DNA of 64,000 bases, from contig OY970160.1 in the NCBI GenBank assembly GCA_963706445.1, positions 736,001-800,000 on the forward strand, in the 5' to 3' direction. The notes beneath the pieces were generated by a model. It did no database searches, was not told the origin of the DNA, and saw only the letters and a program-made list of their open reading frames with translations. A program made the position numbers and the translations under genes. The stretch comes from an uncultured Nitrososphaerales archaeon. GTDB taxonomy: Archaea > Thermoproteota > Nitrososphaeria > Nitrososphaerales > Gagatemarchaeaceae. Of the stretch, positions 30,450 to 41,085 are shown piece by piece; position 1 is the first letter of the stretch, and the number at the start of each line of letters is the position of its first letter.

Positions 30450-31607
30450 GTGAGCCTATTCGCAAACACGCATTCATCCAACAGGATACGAGCTCTTCTC
30501 TTTGTAACCATTTTTCTTCTCATAGCCTTCACAGTCCCGCTGACGCGGGCGCAGAGCGTGACTGCATCCGTTGCCGTGGGGACTTCTCCGACCGGAGCTG
30601 CCTACGATTCTTCCAAAGGGGAGGTCTTCGTAACCAACGTGGGTGACAACACCGTTTCGGTCATATCTGACAGCAACAACGATGTTGTCGCAACTGTGCC
30701 TGTGGGGCCCCAACCGAAAGGCATCGCGTACGACGTGAGCAACGAGGACGTCTACGTCGCCAACACGGGTACCGATTCGGTTTCAGTGATTTCTGACTCG
30801 AGCAACAGCCTAGTCCAGACTATTACCGTGGGGAACGCACCAAACACACCCGTGTATGACTCCGCGAAGAACGAAGTTTTTGTGACAAACAGTAACGATG
30901 GCACTGTTTCAATAATTTCAGGCAGCAACAATACAGTGGTTTCAACCATATCGGTTGGGACCCTCCCACGGGGAATCGTCTACGACCAGGCCAAGGGGGA
31001 GCTCTTCGTTGCTGACGAAAACAATGGGAACGTATACGTGGTCTCGGACTCCTCGAATGCCATCGTTGGGACCATCAGCCTCGGGACAAACAGTGCGCCC
31101 CTCGGAATGGCCTACGACTCCTCCAAGGGAGAGATCTTCGTGGCCGACTCCGGCGGCAACATAGTCTCCGTAATCTCAGACTCGACGAATTCCGTCGTCG
31201 CAACGGTTTCAGTGGGGAGCACCCCTTACTGGGCAGCCTACGATCCAGCATCAGGTGAAGTGTTCGTGACGAACTACGGAGGCACGACCGTATCAGTGAT
31301 TTCTGACAGCAGCAACACAGTGGTCTCCACTATCACCGTCGGGTCTTCTCCGGACAGGGATGACTACGATTCCGGAAAGGGGGAGGTCTTCGTGGCCAAT
31401 CAGGGCTCCAAAAGCGTGTCCGTTATCTCCTCCGCGACAAGCAGCGCTAGTGTTCCCGAGTTCCCTCCACAGCTAGGAATCCTAGTCGTGGCAACATTCC
31501 TCATCGTGATCAGCTATGCTATCACTAGGAGGAGGGTCGCGGGTCTTCGTGATTCGCGCGCATCAAATCGGGACCATCAGGGAACTGGCGAGCTCAAGAA
31601 GGGCTAG
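30450..31607 (+). CDS. YVTN beta-propeller surface protein with PEF-CTERM-like tail
   Basis: Seven ~42-aa repeats (YDSxKGEVFVTN..NTVSVISDS); VPEFP + TM + RRR. Confidence 0.88.
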   Translation: MSLFANTHSSNRIRALLFVTIFLLIAFTVPLTRAQSVTASVAVGTSPTGAAYDSSKGEVFVTNVGDNTVSVISDSNNDVVATVPVGPQPKGIAYDVSNEDVYVANTGTDSVSVISDSSNSLVQTITVGNAPNTPVYDSAKNEVFVTNSNDGTVSIISGSNNTVVSTISVGTLPRGIVYDQAKGELFVADENNGNVYVVSDSSNAIVGTISLGTNSAPLGMAYDSSKGEIFVADSGGNIVSVISDSTNSVVATVSVGSTPYWAAYDPASGEVFVTNYGGTTVSVISDSSNTVVSTITVGSSPDRDDYDSGKGEVFVANQGSKSVSVISSATSSASVPEFPPQLGILVVATFLIVISYAITRRRVAGLRDSRASNRDHQGTGELKKG

Positions 31608-31798
31608 CCAGGATGCCTGAGGCAGGTGCCCGGGTATGGCATGACATCTGGTAGTGGTGAGACCTGCCCAACCCCCAAACTCGTCGGGCTGTTCTGGTCC
31701 GAGGGGAGTCAACAAGCATCTTTGACCCGACTAAAAGATGAAATCGGACCGCAGCAAGCCATATTACTAGCACTCGGGCTCTTCTTGCATTATCTATC

Positions 31799-32227
31799 AT
31801 GCCAATGATCGACCTGTATGCCGCTGCCGACATATTCCCGGCTGGCTCCGACGCTCAGCTCGGACACGAGCTTACCATGGCTGTACTCCGCGCCGAAGGG
31901 GTGGCGACGCCTGGTCCGTTCCATCTGAACAACACCGCCGCCTTCATCCATCGGATGGACCCGAACGCTGTCCATACCGCGGCGACCGGCGCGGCCCGGA
32001 CGGTCAGGGTCCAGGTCGTCACTCCCCCGGGGGCACTTTCCCGGGAGGGGCAGAAGCAGCTCGTCAAAGAAGTCACTGAGATTGTCGTCAGGGTCTCAGG
32101 GGACCAGTCTCTGGGGAGCCGCACGTGGGTGATACTCACCGAGGCGGCCGAAGGTGGCTGGGGCCTCGCTGGGACCGCCTTTGGTCGTCAGGAGTTCGCG
32201 GACCTAGCGGCGAACGGTAGACCTTAG
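31799..32227 (+). CDS. Tautomerase superfamily protein
   Basis: N-terminal Pro (MPMID), tandem beta-alpha-beta units, TWV...GGWG. Confidence 0.8.
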   Translation: MPMIDLYAAADIFPAGSDAQLGHELTMAVLRAEGVATPGPFHLNNTAAFIHRMDPNAVHTAATGAARTVRVQVVTPPGALSREGQKQLVKEVTEIVVRVSGDQSLGSRTWVILTEAAEGGWGLAGTAFGRQEFADLAANGRP

Positions 32228-33771
32228 TCACCAGGATCACCGTCACCACTGTCAGCCAGGGCTTGGCCCAAGGGTTCAGATAGCATGGGACCTGAAGGCA
32301 GATTAAGCGTAAACGCCAAAGGCGTAGTGGTGCTACAAGCTCCATTTGAGACACATGCCTGGTAGGGGTACACAACACCTGAGCTGCCAAGATACAAAAG
32401 AGGCAAAGGTGATTGGTGAAAGTCTAGCATGTAAAAGAGATTGGGCTGCTCGGCATCCCTCTGAGTCAGGGGCTGGAGATTCCAGTTGTACTCTATCGTC
32501 GAAAGGAATGAAGAAAAGTCTTCTTGGGATGTTTGACCTCCAGAGTAACCGTAACTGGGACCATTAACTATCTGGCCCTGCTTCGAGTAAGGTGAGATAG
32601 CTATCAGAGGTACCCTCATGCCCATACCGTACTGATCTATCTGTGTAGGGACGACATTATCATAATAGCCTCCGTAGTCATCCCACGTCAGGTAGATGAC
32701 TGTCGAACTCCACGCTGGACTCTTTTCTATCGCATTGATTATTGAAGAGGTGTACTGCTCGCCCTGTAACCAGGTTGACTGTTGCGGATGCTCACTGACG
32801 TCGGGCGCTGGAATTATCCAAGACACGGAAGGCAAACTGTTTGAGGCTATGGCATTGCTCAGATCATTGTAGTTCTGCAAGCCCTGGCACTCGCCTTGAG
32901 TCTGTTGGACCTTGACGAAATCTGCTTCTCCTGACCAGAATCCATCATAGCCACCTCCAAAACCAGTTCCATGAATCTGACTGTTGACATAGGCAGCTGT
33001 CCATGGGACCACCCCATTGCAGTCGAGTGCGTCATTCCAATAGTACTGATAATACCCCCAGGAAATACCGTGTTGTGTTAGCTCCGTGCCAATATCGGCG
33101 AAGGTCAAATTATAGGGCGTCTGACATAGCCCTGAACACTTGTCAGTGATGCCACCTTGGGCTGCGACCGTATAGAGATGGTTGGGAAGGCTGAAACTCA
33201 GAGCACTCGACATGAACAGGTCATTGAGTGTATAGTACTGAGCGTAGTCCCAGTAGTAGGGAATCGCTTTACTATCGTAGTAGGCCATCGGATAAGTTGA
33301 TAGACTCTTTGCCACTGCTAATCCGAATCCATCCATCTTTCCATTGTCGTAAGCTGTATGAGCACATGTCGAAGCATGGCAGATATCAGTTTGCTGAATT
33401 ATAGGTCGAGTATCAGCATTGAACGGAGTCGCACACGGCCCTGAAGGTTGAGGCATGCAGGTGGAAAGGCTCAGGGCATATTGAGATGGGAGACCAGGGA
33501 AAGTTCCAAACATGTTATCGAAAGCATGGTTCTCTTGGATCATGAAGATGATGTGCTTAATGGGGCTAGCTGTAGGGGTTGAAGTGGCTGATGTTGCTGA
33601 AGTGGCTCAAGTGGCTGAAGCTGTGCTTTGCCCTCCAGTAGTGGTTGTCGAGCTCCCAACGGAGTAGATATTAGAATACATAAGGGCAACTCCCAGCACA
33701 ATCACTATTACGAAAACAGCGCCCGCAACAACCCACCAGGTTTTCAATTTGGAATTCCTAGGAGAGCTCAT
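32224..33771 (-). pseudogene. Phospholipase C/AcpA-type phosphoesterase with an in-frame TGA in the N-terminal linker
   Basis: IKHIIFMIQENHAFDNMFG, SLPNH, SEHP, TWDDYGGYYD, RVP motifs. Frame extends to ATG 33771 with a TM anchor; TGA at 33609-33607. Confidence 0.8.
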
Positions 33772-33898
33772 ACCCTGTTACGCTTTCGCAGGACTTCCCA
33801 GCCTAACAAGTTCACGTTGTTTCGCAATATGAAGTCGAATATTTGCGTTACTTTGTGGCCCTACGAGGCCTCGAATTCGCCAAAACCAAGCTATGTAG

Positions 33899-33941
33899 GT
33901 TGGGGTGCCTACGTGAACTGAGAAAGCCCCGCCAGGAAGCG
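33899..33941 (+). repeat. att-like dispersed repeat copy D
   Basis: GTTGGGGTGCCTACGTGAACTGAGAAAGCCCCGCCAGGAAGCG. Confidence 0.7.
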
Positions 33942-34312
33942 AGCATTATGGAGTCACTGGACACTATCAGAAACACACGCCCAATTTTCCTCTTGCCCTA
34001 CGCCCTGTCGTGCTGCGCACCTAAGACAATAGTTCGCGGGCCGTGCTCCATCGGCCTCAGAACTCATCTTATTTGCTCCTCGCGACGGAGTCCCTTCGGA
34101 AGGAGCTATTGGAGGCCCAAGTGATTTCAGTGCGGTCCGGAAAGAAATGAGCGTGTCTTGCCAAATCATGGATAAGTAATTACGATTATTAGCTAGCGCC
34201 GGTGAAATCTGCCTTTTCCCGTCCGAGCGCCCCCAGGATTCACCAATCATCAGCTCGCACCATTACCTCAGTACACCAAAACAACGGCATAAAGACAATC
34301 TTGCTGTCACAA

Positions 34313-34519
34313 ATGATCAGAGCCAAGCGAGCGGGGACCTGGTTCGGCCTAGGAAAGGTGCAGAGGAGCCTCTACAGCCTCGCCATGAGGCTGGACGTGA
34401 AGCTGCAGAGCCCCGAGCTCCTGAAGGCTCTCGTATCAGTGCTCAGGAGCCTGAGGGACAGGTTCGTCGTCGGCCACGCTCAGACCATATTCCTGGTGTT
34501 CGGTTTCAGGCGCAGGTAG
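34313..34519 (+). CDS. Small basic hypothetical protein, possibly a truncated fragment
   Basis: RAKRAGTWF...LYSLAMRL...LLKALVSVL; codon usage resembles neighbouring genes. Confidence 0.4.
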   Translation: MIRAKRAGTWFGLGKVQRSLYSLAMRLDVKLQSPELLKALVSVLRSLRDRFVVGHAQTIFLVFGFRRR

Positions 34520-34628
34520 CATCGGGAAGGGGAGCCGAGAATGGCAGTGGATTTCCCGTTGTGAGAGAGATCGAAACCTTCGAAGTCATTAGCTCAAAGA
34601 TGCGATTTCCCCTTCACAACCGACCTGC

Positions 34629-36014
34629 CTAGGTCGACTTGCAACTACACACACCCATGACATGGGCTTTCCATTGTCTCTTTGCGCTGTCTTCGCTTAT
34701 CCTGTTCTCCAGGCTTATTTCTCTGAAGGACTTCCCCTTCGGTTCCTCAGCTGAACCGTTGACGCCCATATGTTCGGCAACAATGACACGATGCATTTGT
34801 TCATCAATGGCTGGGGCCCGTCCACCGTATTTCCTAGCTTCGTCTCTCCTCCGAACCATTGCAATGGCAGTTTTCTTCTCGTCGAAGGAAACTCTGATAC
34901 CTAGCCTTTCGATGATCGAGGTGCCTCTCTTGATGTGCCATGGGGGCAATAGGAACCACCCGATAGCGAATTGTCCTCTTTCTCCAACCATGTTGAACAA
35001 ATGAGACGGGAGCTGCCTCATGAGCTCCGGAGTCTCGTATTTCATCGTCCAGTTAAGATTGTCAGGGATTTCCATCTGGCCCATTGTCTTCATGAAGAGA
35101 AAAGTTGTTAGTTCGCGGACGTCCTTTGAAACACCCACACTCCGTTGAGAATCAGTGATGACGGCATAGCCGCAATGAAAGAGGGTATTGTTGAAGGTGA
35201 TGAAATCTTCCGCCGAGTCTTTGGCGCCTCGAGGTCGCCCGGACTTCATTCTCCCAGCTATCCATTCTTGGGCTTCCCGAATGAGGATCACGTGAGTGCG
35301 GTTCCAACTGTCCCTCTTTGAGAAACACTCCGTCAGTTTTTCGAGAGCTGCGTAGTAAAGTTCCTCATTGGCGAAGAAACTCTTAGTCATGATGAAAATC
35401 CGCCCGTCTGGGGCTGTCTTCGGTTCCAGGTCTTCAATGCTCATCGTGTGATAATTGCAATCGAGAGTGGTTTCTGCCCCGCGAACCAGAATTACGCGGT
35501 CAGAATAGGGGGAATCGAGCCAAGCGAGCGACTCGTTGTCATTGGCAGCATACAGGTCGTAGACCGAAGACCCATTCTGCAAGTATTTGATGGCGATCGT
35601 CTCCCCAAGTCCAGATTTCCCAGATCGGCGGACCCCGATAATCCGAAAAGTTGCGACGTCCTTGAAGTCGGGCAGGTAAGGTGACCCCACGAATGATTTC
35701 AGTATCTGAATGGGAAACTGAATGTCTGGGGTCCAAGGTTTGAATGGAGTCCAAGATTCGACGGGACCTCGCACCGCTTCCGTTATCACACCCTCGGACT
35801 CGCAATTGCTGCACCCTTCGTCTGGCCAGAATCGTCTGTCATGGCGCTTACATACTCTGCTGTACATACGTCGGTAGGGCATTTCGACGCGATGGCGGGC
35901 CTTCGGATCTCTCACACCGACGTTCACAAGTTGCGAAATCGTCTTCTTGTCAGGCACGTATGCGTAGTCCTTCTCTCTTCTCGTCAGTGCCCTTGGGTCG
36001 TTAGGCAAGTCCAT
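34629..36014 (-). CDS. P-loop ATPase (Zot/FtsK-HerA/packaging-like) with a putative N-terminal Zn finger and C-terminal HTH
   Basis: Walker A GVRRSGKS, Walker B-like VILIREAQ, DSQR...KDVR; CKRH..CSNC; KSFREIS...SAKRQW..HVMGVCSC. Confidence 0.65.
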   Translation of the reverse strand: MDLPNDPRALTRREKDYAYVPDKKTISQLVNVGVRDPKARHRVEMPYRRMYSRVCKRHDRRFWPDEGCSNCESEGVITEAVRGPVESWTPFKPWTPDIQFPIQILKSFVGSPYLPDFKDVATFRIIGVRRSGKSGLGETIAIKYLQNGSSVYDLYAANDNESLAWLDSPYSDRVILVRGAETTLDCNYHTMSIEDLEPKTAPDGRIFIMTKSFFANEELYYAALEKLTECFSKRDSWNRTHVILIREAQEWIAGRMKSGRPRGAKDSAEDFITFNNTLFHCGYAVITDSQRSVGVSKDVRELTTFLFMKTMGQMEIPDNLNWTMKYETPELMRQLPSHLFNMVGERGQFAIGWFLLPPWHIKRGTSIIERLGIRVSFDEKKTAIAMVRRRDEARKYGGRAPAIDEQMHRVIVAEHMGVNGSAEEPKGKSFREISLENRISEDSAKRQWKAHVMGVCSCKST

Positions 36015-36546
36015 GCCCCATTATTCGGAGAGGTTACATAAAAACACTATGATTTTCATAAAGTCATCAGCGATTAGCGATAATTTAGCACTTAACGCTA
36101 ATGGAAATCAAATATCTAGTATATTCGGTTCGACAGCAATATGAACGAATGGGGTGTAACTCACATACTAGTAGTACGGGCACCCCTCTATACGCACGAC
36201 GACTGGCGAAACTAGGTCCTTTGCATCACGTTCAGTTTTTCTTGTTGCGGTATCGCGTTCGATCAGAATGGTACGAAGAAGGCTGACAGGAGAGAACACT
36301 ATTCTCCGGGCCTGATTCGCTATTCATTTCTTCTCGTGGCGTCGCATATGTTCAGTCACCATGCTGTCCAACTGCTTCTGGTACATACTGAAGAATGGCC
36401 GACCGCAAACCGGACACGAAGCAGAAAGGACCTTTGGCATTGGTGGCACCTTTATGGGCAACGATACCCATGACGGTATCCCCTCCTAATAAGCATGTCT
36501 TTGGGTAGTGTTTTTATACCCCCATATGGATATGGGTAGGGATAGC

Positions 36547-36867
36547 ATGTCAGAAAGCGACGAACCTAATTTCACTGTCGTCAGCATCAGTTATGCGGGG
36601 GATGGTGACCGGTACATGCTAGAGTTGTTCGACTCCAAGGTAATCGACGCGGCCAAGAAGGGGAGGAAGAGCAGGCGAGAACTCTGGGACATCCGGGAGC
36701 ACAATCTAGAACGCGAAGGAATGTTCCCGTTCATCCTCTCGACCCAGAGGGTGTTCCTCCCAGTCACTAACGGGGAGTTCATGAGGCTAGCCCCGTTCGT
36801 TGGCATGAGGGTGAGGATCGCCATCTCTGTTGTGGGGTCCCAATCGAGAACCCTGATTGCTGATTAG
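36547..36867 (+). CDS. Hypothetical protein
   Basis: TTTTATA box upstream; protein-like ORF. Confidence 0.55.
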   Translation: MSESDEPNFTVVSISYAGDGDRYMLELFDSKVIDAAKKGRKSRRELWDIREHNLEREGMFPFILSTQRVFLPVTNGEFMRLAPFVGMRVRIAISVVGSQSRTLIAD

Positions 36868-37131
36868 CAAACTTAGAGAAACCGTATGTGTGTGCTTACA
36901 TTCGCCCAGAGGAAATTCTTCTCTCCTCCGCCGCTTGATTCCGGGTCTGCGATTTTGGTCAGGTGAAACCATCCCATCAGTCTGGGGCCTGGCCACTCTT
37001 TTGCCAATGAGAGCTCGTCCCTCGTCACATGCACATTGTGCTAAAGGCGTTATCATGAAGGCAGGTCCCCCTCCAAGAAGCAGCCGTCGCCGTCCGTAAT
37101 TCTTTAATATTACGGACGTTATCGCTCACCA

Positions 37132-37365
37132 ATGGAGAAAACCGAGGTGCAGCGGAGATTCACAACCACTATCCCCAAAAAGGTAAGAGAGAAGCTTGGG
37201 TTGAAGGAGGGGACTGGCCTATTCTGGGAAGTTGAGGAGGGTCGGATGGTCGTCTATCCCGCCACCTACTCCTCACTCGACGGCGTCCTGGAGGGGAAGG
37301 TCGAATACACGCGCAGAGTGAAGGAACAAGTCGAGGAAAGATTCCTTGGGCTTGAGAAGGGTTGA
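37132..37365 (+). CDS. AbrB/MazE/SpoVT-family antitoxin
   Basis: TTIPKKVREKLGLKEG motif; overlaps the PIN gene. Confidence 0.88.
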   Translation: MEKTEVQRRFTTTIPKKVREKLGLKEGTGLFWEVEEGRMVVYPATYSSLDGVLEGKVEYTRRVKEQVEERFLGLEKG

Positions 37366-37799
37366 GGCCCCTTCCTGAAGCCATCATCCTAGACCTCGCG
37401 GCGATCCTTGCTTTCGTCTTTGAAGACGACGACCTTCACCCCAATGCGAAGAGGATGATGAATGAAATAGAGAGGAAGAAGGCCTCTGTCTATGTCAGCG
37501 AGGCTACACCGTATGAGGCGGAGGCGCTTTTCCTGTCGGGGAGAACAAGCGTGCCGCAGCGGTCATGGACCTCATTCGTTTCAAGGCTCTGGCAGGACCC
37601 GCTGTTCCCAAGGCTCCCGACCACCGCACGCGTGTTTGCCGAGCACCTTCGCTACTATAGAGGAAACGGCGGCAGGCTTACCTACTTCGACTCCTTCCAT
37701 GCGGCGACTTCGAGGGTGTCTGGCATTCCCCTGATCACCCCTGACGGAGAGCTCCTCTCTGAGAAATCCATCGGCACGATTGATCTGGCAGAGATGTAA
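37362..37799 (+). CDS. vapC: PIN-domain (VapC-like) toxin
   Basis: IILD, E, LTYFDSFHAA, LITPD acidic tetrad. Confidence 0.85.
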   Translation: MRPLPEAIILDLAAILAFVFEDDDLHPNAKRMMNEIERKKASVYVSEATPYEAEALFLSGRTSVPQRSWTSFVSRLWQDPLFPRLPTTARVFAEHLRYYRGNGGRLTYFDSFHAATSRVSGIPLITPDGELLSEKSIGTIDLAEM

Positions 37800-38137
37800 A
37801 GTCATCAACTCGCCGTCAGCAGTTCTATCTTCGTGATTATCCTCTCCAACTTCTCCCCCGGTTCGGCTAGGACGTCAGCATGGCCTTCAGCTTTGCTAGG
37901 TAGTCGCCGATGTCGGCCCTTCTTGCCTCTTCTTCGTCCCACGAATTCCCGATTCCAAAAGCCGACTTTCTAACCCGGTCCCGCTTTTCTCATCATGGTT
38001 TCTTTATGGGTCCGGCTATCGTAGTATCGCCCTGAGGAACGATTGGCTGCCCACGAACCACTCCGTCTGCGTACAGCTGTAGGCTTGCCCAGGTTATATA
38101 GTCAAAAGGCGCACTTTGCGCTCAGAGTTACCGGACC

Positions 38138-38360
38138 ATGGATACGGTTCAGCGACACCGTCCGCAGCGGCTCGTGCCCAGGAATAAGCAAAGAGGGAAG
38201 ACAAGGGTAGCAGGAAACAGGCCTCGGTGAAGCGGAGGTTGCGAGGGTCTGCTTCCATCCGGCCATCGTGGATCTGGTGTGTTCTACATGTGGCACCGAG
38301 TTCAACGATGTGGCACTTGCAGAAGTCCTCGAAGGCTGGGAAATCAGAGTCTCAAGCTGA
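38138..38360 (+). pseudogene. Frameshifted copy of the small Cys/His protein at 57094
   Basis: High DNA similarity to 57050-57310; extra C at 38222-38223 gives an early TGA; TTATATAG box conserved. Confidence 0.7.
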
Positions 38361-38667
38361 AATCCGGAATCAGGGCGTGGCGCTCGAAGATTCAGTCCAG
38401 AGCTACCTTGGAGCCGGACCTGCTCAGCGATTTCCTGACCGTGCTTTCCGCATTCGTGCTGTATCGCTCTGTAATGACGCTTTCCCGATGAGCCACATCG
38501 AGAAGGAGATTCGCCCCAGCAAGGCAAGTCAAAGCGCCGTTCCCTAGCCGGCTCATCCTGAGCTGTCTGTGCGGTGGGGCGCCCATACAGACTACCCAAT
38601 CGTGCAAAGTTGAGCTTAGGATAACATGGTACCAAAATTGAAATAACACACTGGCTGATTCAAAGTC

Positions 38668-39504
38668 ATGAACCTGACCCTCGAAAACGTGTCAGACAGG
38701 GTGACGGTCTTCACCGGTCGCCATCCGACGGAAGGAGTTGGTGTTACGTCCACGGTCGTATCATCGGGAAAAGACGCGTTTGTGTTCGACACTCTGATGT
38801 ACCCAGACGACACTCGGAACCTGCTCCTGAGCGTGAAGTCCATGGGGTTGGTCCCGGTGGGCCTGATAAACACACATTGGCACTGGGACCATACAGCGGG
38901 GAACCAGATGTTCTTTGAGACAAGGAGAATAATCTCACACAGTCTCTCTCCTGACTTGATGCGCAAAATGACCTGGGACGATTTCAACAAAGACCTTGAA
39001 GAGGGAGACAAGATCAGGACCGTGTATCCCAACGAGACGATCAAAGACAAGTCGGTCCTGACACTAGGTGATTTGGAAGTCGAGTTTCTCCACACTCCGG
39101 GGCATACACCTGATTCTATCGTCGCACACCTGAAGAATGAACGCGTCATCGTAGCAGGTGACACAGTGATGGAGCTGCCATACCTGTGGTTCGGGGACAG
39201 CCTGACGCTGATCGATTCGCTCCGGAGTCTTAAATCAGCCTCAGCCGGGAAGGTAATAGTTCAAGGGCATGGGGGACTGTGCAGCACGGAGAAGCTCGAC
39301 TCAGACATCCGCTACATTGAGAGTACAAGGAAGATGGTAGCGGAATGCATCAGCTCCGGGAAGACGCCCAAGGAGGTAGCGCAGCTGATTCCGCTTTCGG
39401 AATGTCTTCCGAGTGAGAGGCTTGAGAGGATGCCGGAGGCTTACGGAGAATTTCATTCTGGAAACTTGGAGAAGCTCTGTGGGGAGATTACGCAGTCTGG
39501 TTGA
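38668..39504 (+). CDS. MBL-fold metallo-hydrolase
   Basis: THWHWDH, PGHT, AGD and GHG motifs. Confidence 0.92.
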   Translation: MNLTLENVSDRVTVFTGRHPTEGVGVTSTVVSSGKDAFVFDTLMYPDDTRNLLLSVKSMGLVPVGLINTHWHWDHTAGNQMFFETRRIISHSLSPDLMRKMTWDDFNKDLEEGDKIRTVYPNETIKDKSVLTLGDLEVEFLHTPGHTPDSIVAHLKNERVIVAGDTVMELPYLWFGDSLTLIDSLRSLKSASAGKVIVQGHGGLCSTEKLDSDIRYIESTRKMVAECISSGKTPKEVAQLIPLSECLPSERLERMPEAYGEFHSGNLEKLCGEITQSG

Positions 39505-39571
39505 CCGTTGTGCGGGGATACCGTTCCACGAGACCTTCTCAGTACGCCGCTGACGCATCATCCACGCGTCC

Positions 39572-39614
39572 GCTGGGGCGCTTACCTAGATTGACAAGTC
39601 CAGGCCAGGGTGCC
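39572..39614 (+). repeat. att-like dispersed repeat copy E
   Basis: GCTGGGGCGCTTACCTAGATTGACAAGTCCAGGCCAGGGTGCC. Confidence 0.8.
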
Positions 39615-39665
39615 TGTCAATATTCGATGGCTCCCTGCATCTTGAACCATGTTCTAGTTCGAAGC

Positions 39666-40157
39666 CTAACGAGACCACGTTATTGAGAAGGTCGAGAAGC
39701 TAATGGCACTGGTTGCTGTCAGACAATAGACATAATCGGTCCCTGAATACAGAGTTACGGGAATACCGCTGCTCAAGGTTATCATCTTGCCCCCTGAAGT
39801 ACATTCGTGAGAAAACTTCGCCATGCCTACGCTGAGGATCCAACCGGACGGCACGCGAAAAACTGGCGTAGCCTGCGGAGAAACGCCACCTCGAGATTGT
39901 TCAGTTGTGAATGCTGAGCCTGTACCGCATCCATAGACGAGAGTTGAGGGCCGCCCCGAGAACGATGGGATGATGCTCTGACGGGGATCTAGTGTTAGAT
40001 GACTGCATCCGCTTCTCAAAGGGGGATTGGAAGAAGGCGGAGGATTTGCAACGGCATGGACAACGAACCTTCCACCGAGCAACAAGATGGCGACGAAGAG
40101 CATCACAAGTCCCGCTGAGCGCAATCGCATCATCTCAGATGTGTCCCTGAAGCCCAA
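39666..40157 (-). CDS. Small secreted Cys-containing beta protein (paralog of 40207..40698)
   Basis: Signal; shares S-IP, VYxCGT, AF, TPxFxVPSGW, YxYCL and FSITWS motifs. Confidence 0.7.
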   Translation of the reverse strand: MGFRDTSEMMRLRSAGLVMLFVAILLLGGRFVVHAVANPPPSSNPPLRSGCSHLTLDPRQSIIPSFSGRPSTLVYGCGTGSAFTTEQSRGGVSPQATPVFRVPSGWILSVGMAKFSHECTSGGKMITLSSGIPVTLYSGTDYVYCLTATSAISFSTFSITWSR

Positions 40158-40206
40158 AGAAAAGCTGGGGCTCCATCGTCGTAGTTTTCAACGACTCGAT
40201 GGGGAC

Positions 40207-40698
40207 TTACTGTGACCAGGTTATGGAGAACGATGTGAAGGTGGATGCACTGAGTGACGAGAGACAGTAGTCGTAGAATGTCCCTCCGGCCAAACTGACT
40301 GGAGTTGCAGTGGTTAGTGAAATTAACCCCGTCTGGCATGGTCCGGAAGAAACTGGTGAAACACCCAGAGCCCAGCCACTTGGGACAGTAAACGTCGGTG
40401 TTACGGATACGGGGTTGTTTCCTGTTGCTGTTTGGAATGCAGCATCGGCGCCGGTGCCTGCCGTGCCACACGCATAGACAATTGATGCACCTGATCCTGC
40501 AATCCCTGGTATGACACTTTCAGAAGGCACGATGACTAGCTGATTATTGGTACAAGGTCCAGCAGTGAGGGAAGCCGTAGCGAATGTTTGACCTGGGAAG
40601 GTCTGAGTAAAGAGAGTTGCAGCATAAGCCACCATAGCACCTGAGATCATTATGCCTGCCGCGAGGAGGATAAGGGATCGTTTAGATCTTATTTTCAT
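40207..40698 (-). CDS. Small secreted Cys-containing beta protein, candidate fibre subunit
   Basis: SD-like GAGGTGA before ATG 40698; signal ending AYA; mature N-terminal strand ATLFTQTFPG. Confidence 0.72.
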   Translation of the reverse strand: MKIRSKRSLILLAAGIMISGAMVAYAATLFTQTFPGQTFATASLTAGPCTNNQLVIVPSESVIPGIAGSGASIVYACGTAGTGADAAFQTATGNNPVSVTPTFTVPSGWALGVSPVSSGPCQTGLISLTTATPVSLAGGTFYDYCLSSLSASTFTSFSITWSQ

Positions 40699-41085
40699 TT
40701 GATTCACCTCTCTGTTTGGTTTTGTTTCTTCATAGTATAGGCCAACTTGCAAAGACTGGAATCGAAAAATACTTGGTCATTTTTTGGCCTCGGATTCTCC
40801 CTGCTTCCACTCAAATGTCTTAATTCTAGGAGAAATTGATGCCTTGGGCTCATCGCTGGACGAGAGCGCGCATGCAACCTAGTTCCAGTAGCATATTCTC
40901 AAACCATCATTGGATACTCATCGCTTTGCCAAGGCGAAATTTCTTTAGCCTCCTCTAGAGACATTCCGATCTATTTCGCCTTAATCCTTCGCCATTCAAT
41001 CCGGATAAGCACGAAGGGGTTTTGAATACTCCAGCAGGTCTATTAGACGCGCCCCAGTCCAGAGCTGTTCCAAGGAAGCTCTTTC

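Noticed and set aside
33607-33609. TGA as selenocysteine
   Set aside because: It replaces Ser in a low-complexity linker, not a catalytic Cys; no SECIS seen.
38102-38635. Minus-strand ORFs 38102..38635 and 57105..57287 as the duplicated gene
   Set aside because: The conserved TATA box and ATG favour the plus-strand Zn-ribbon reading.
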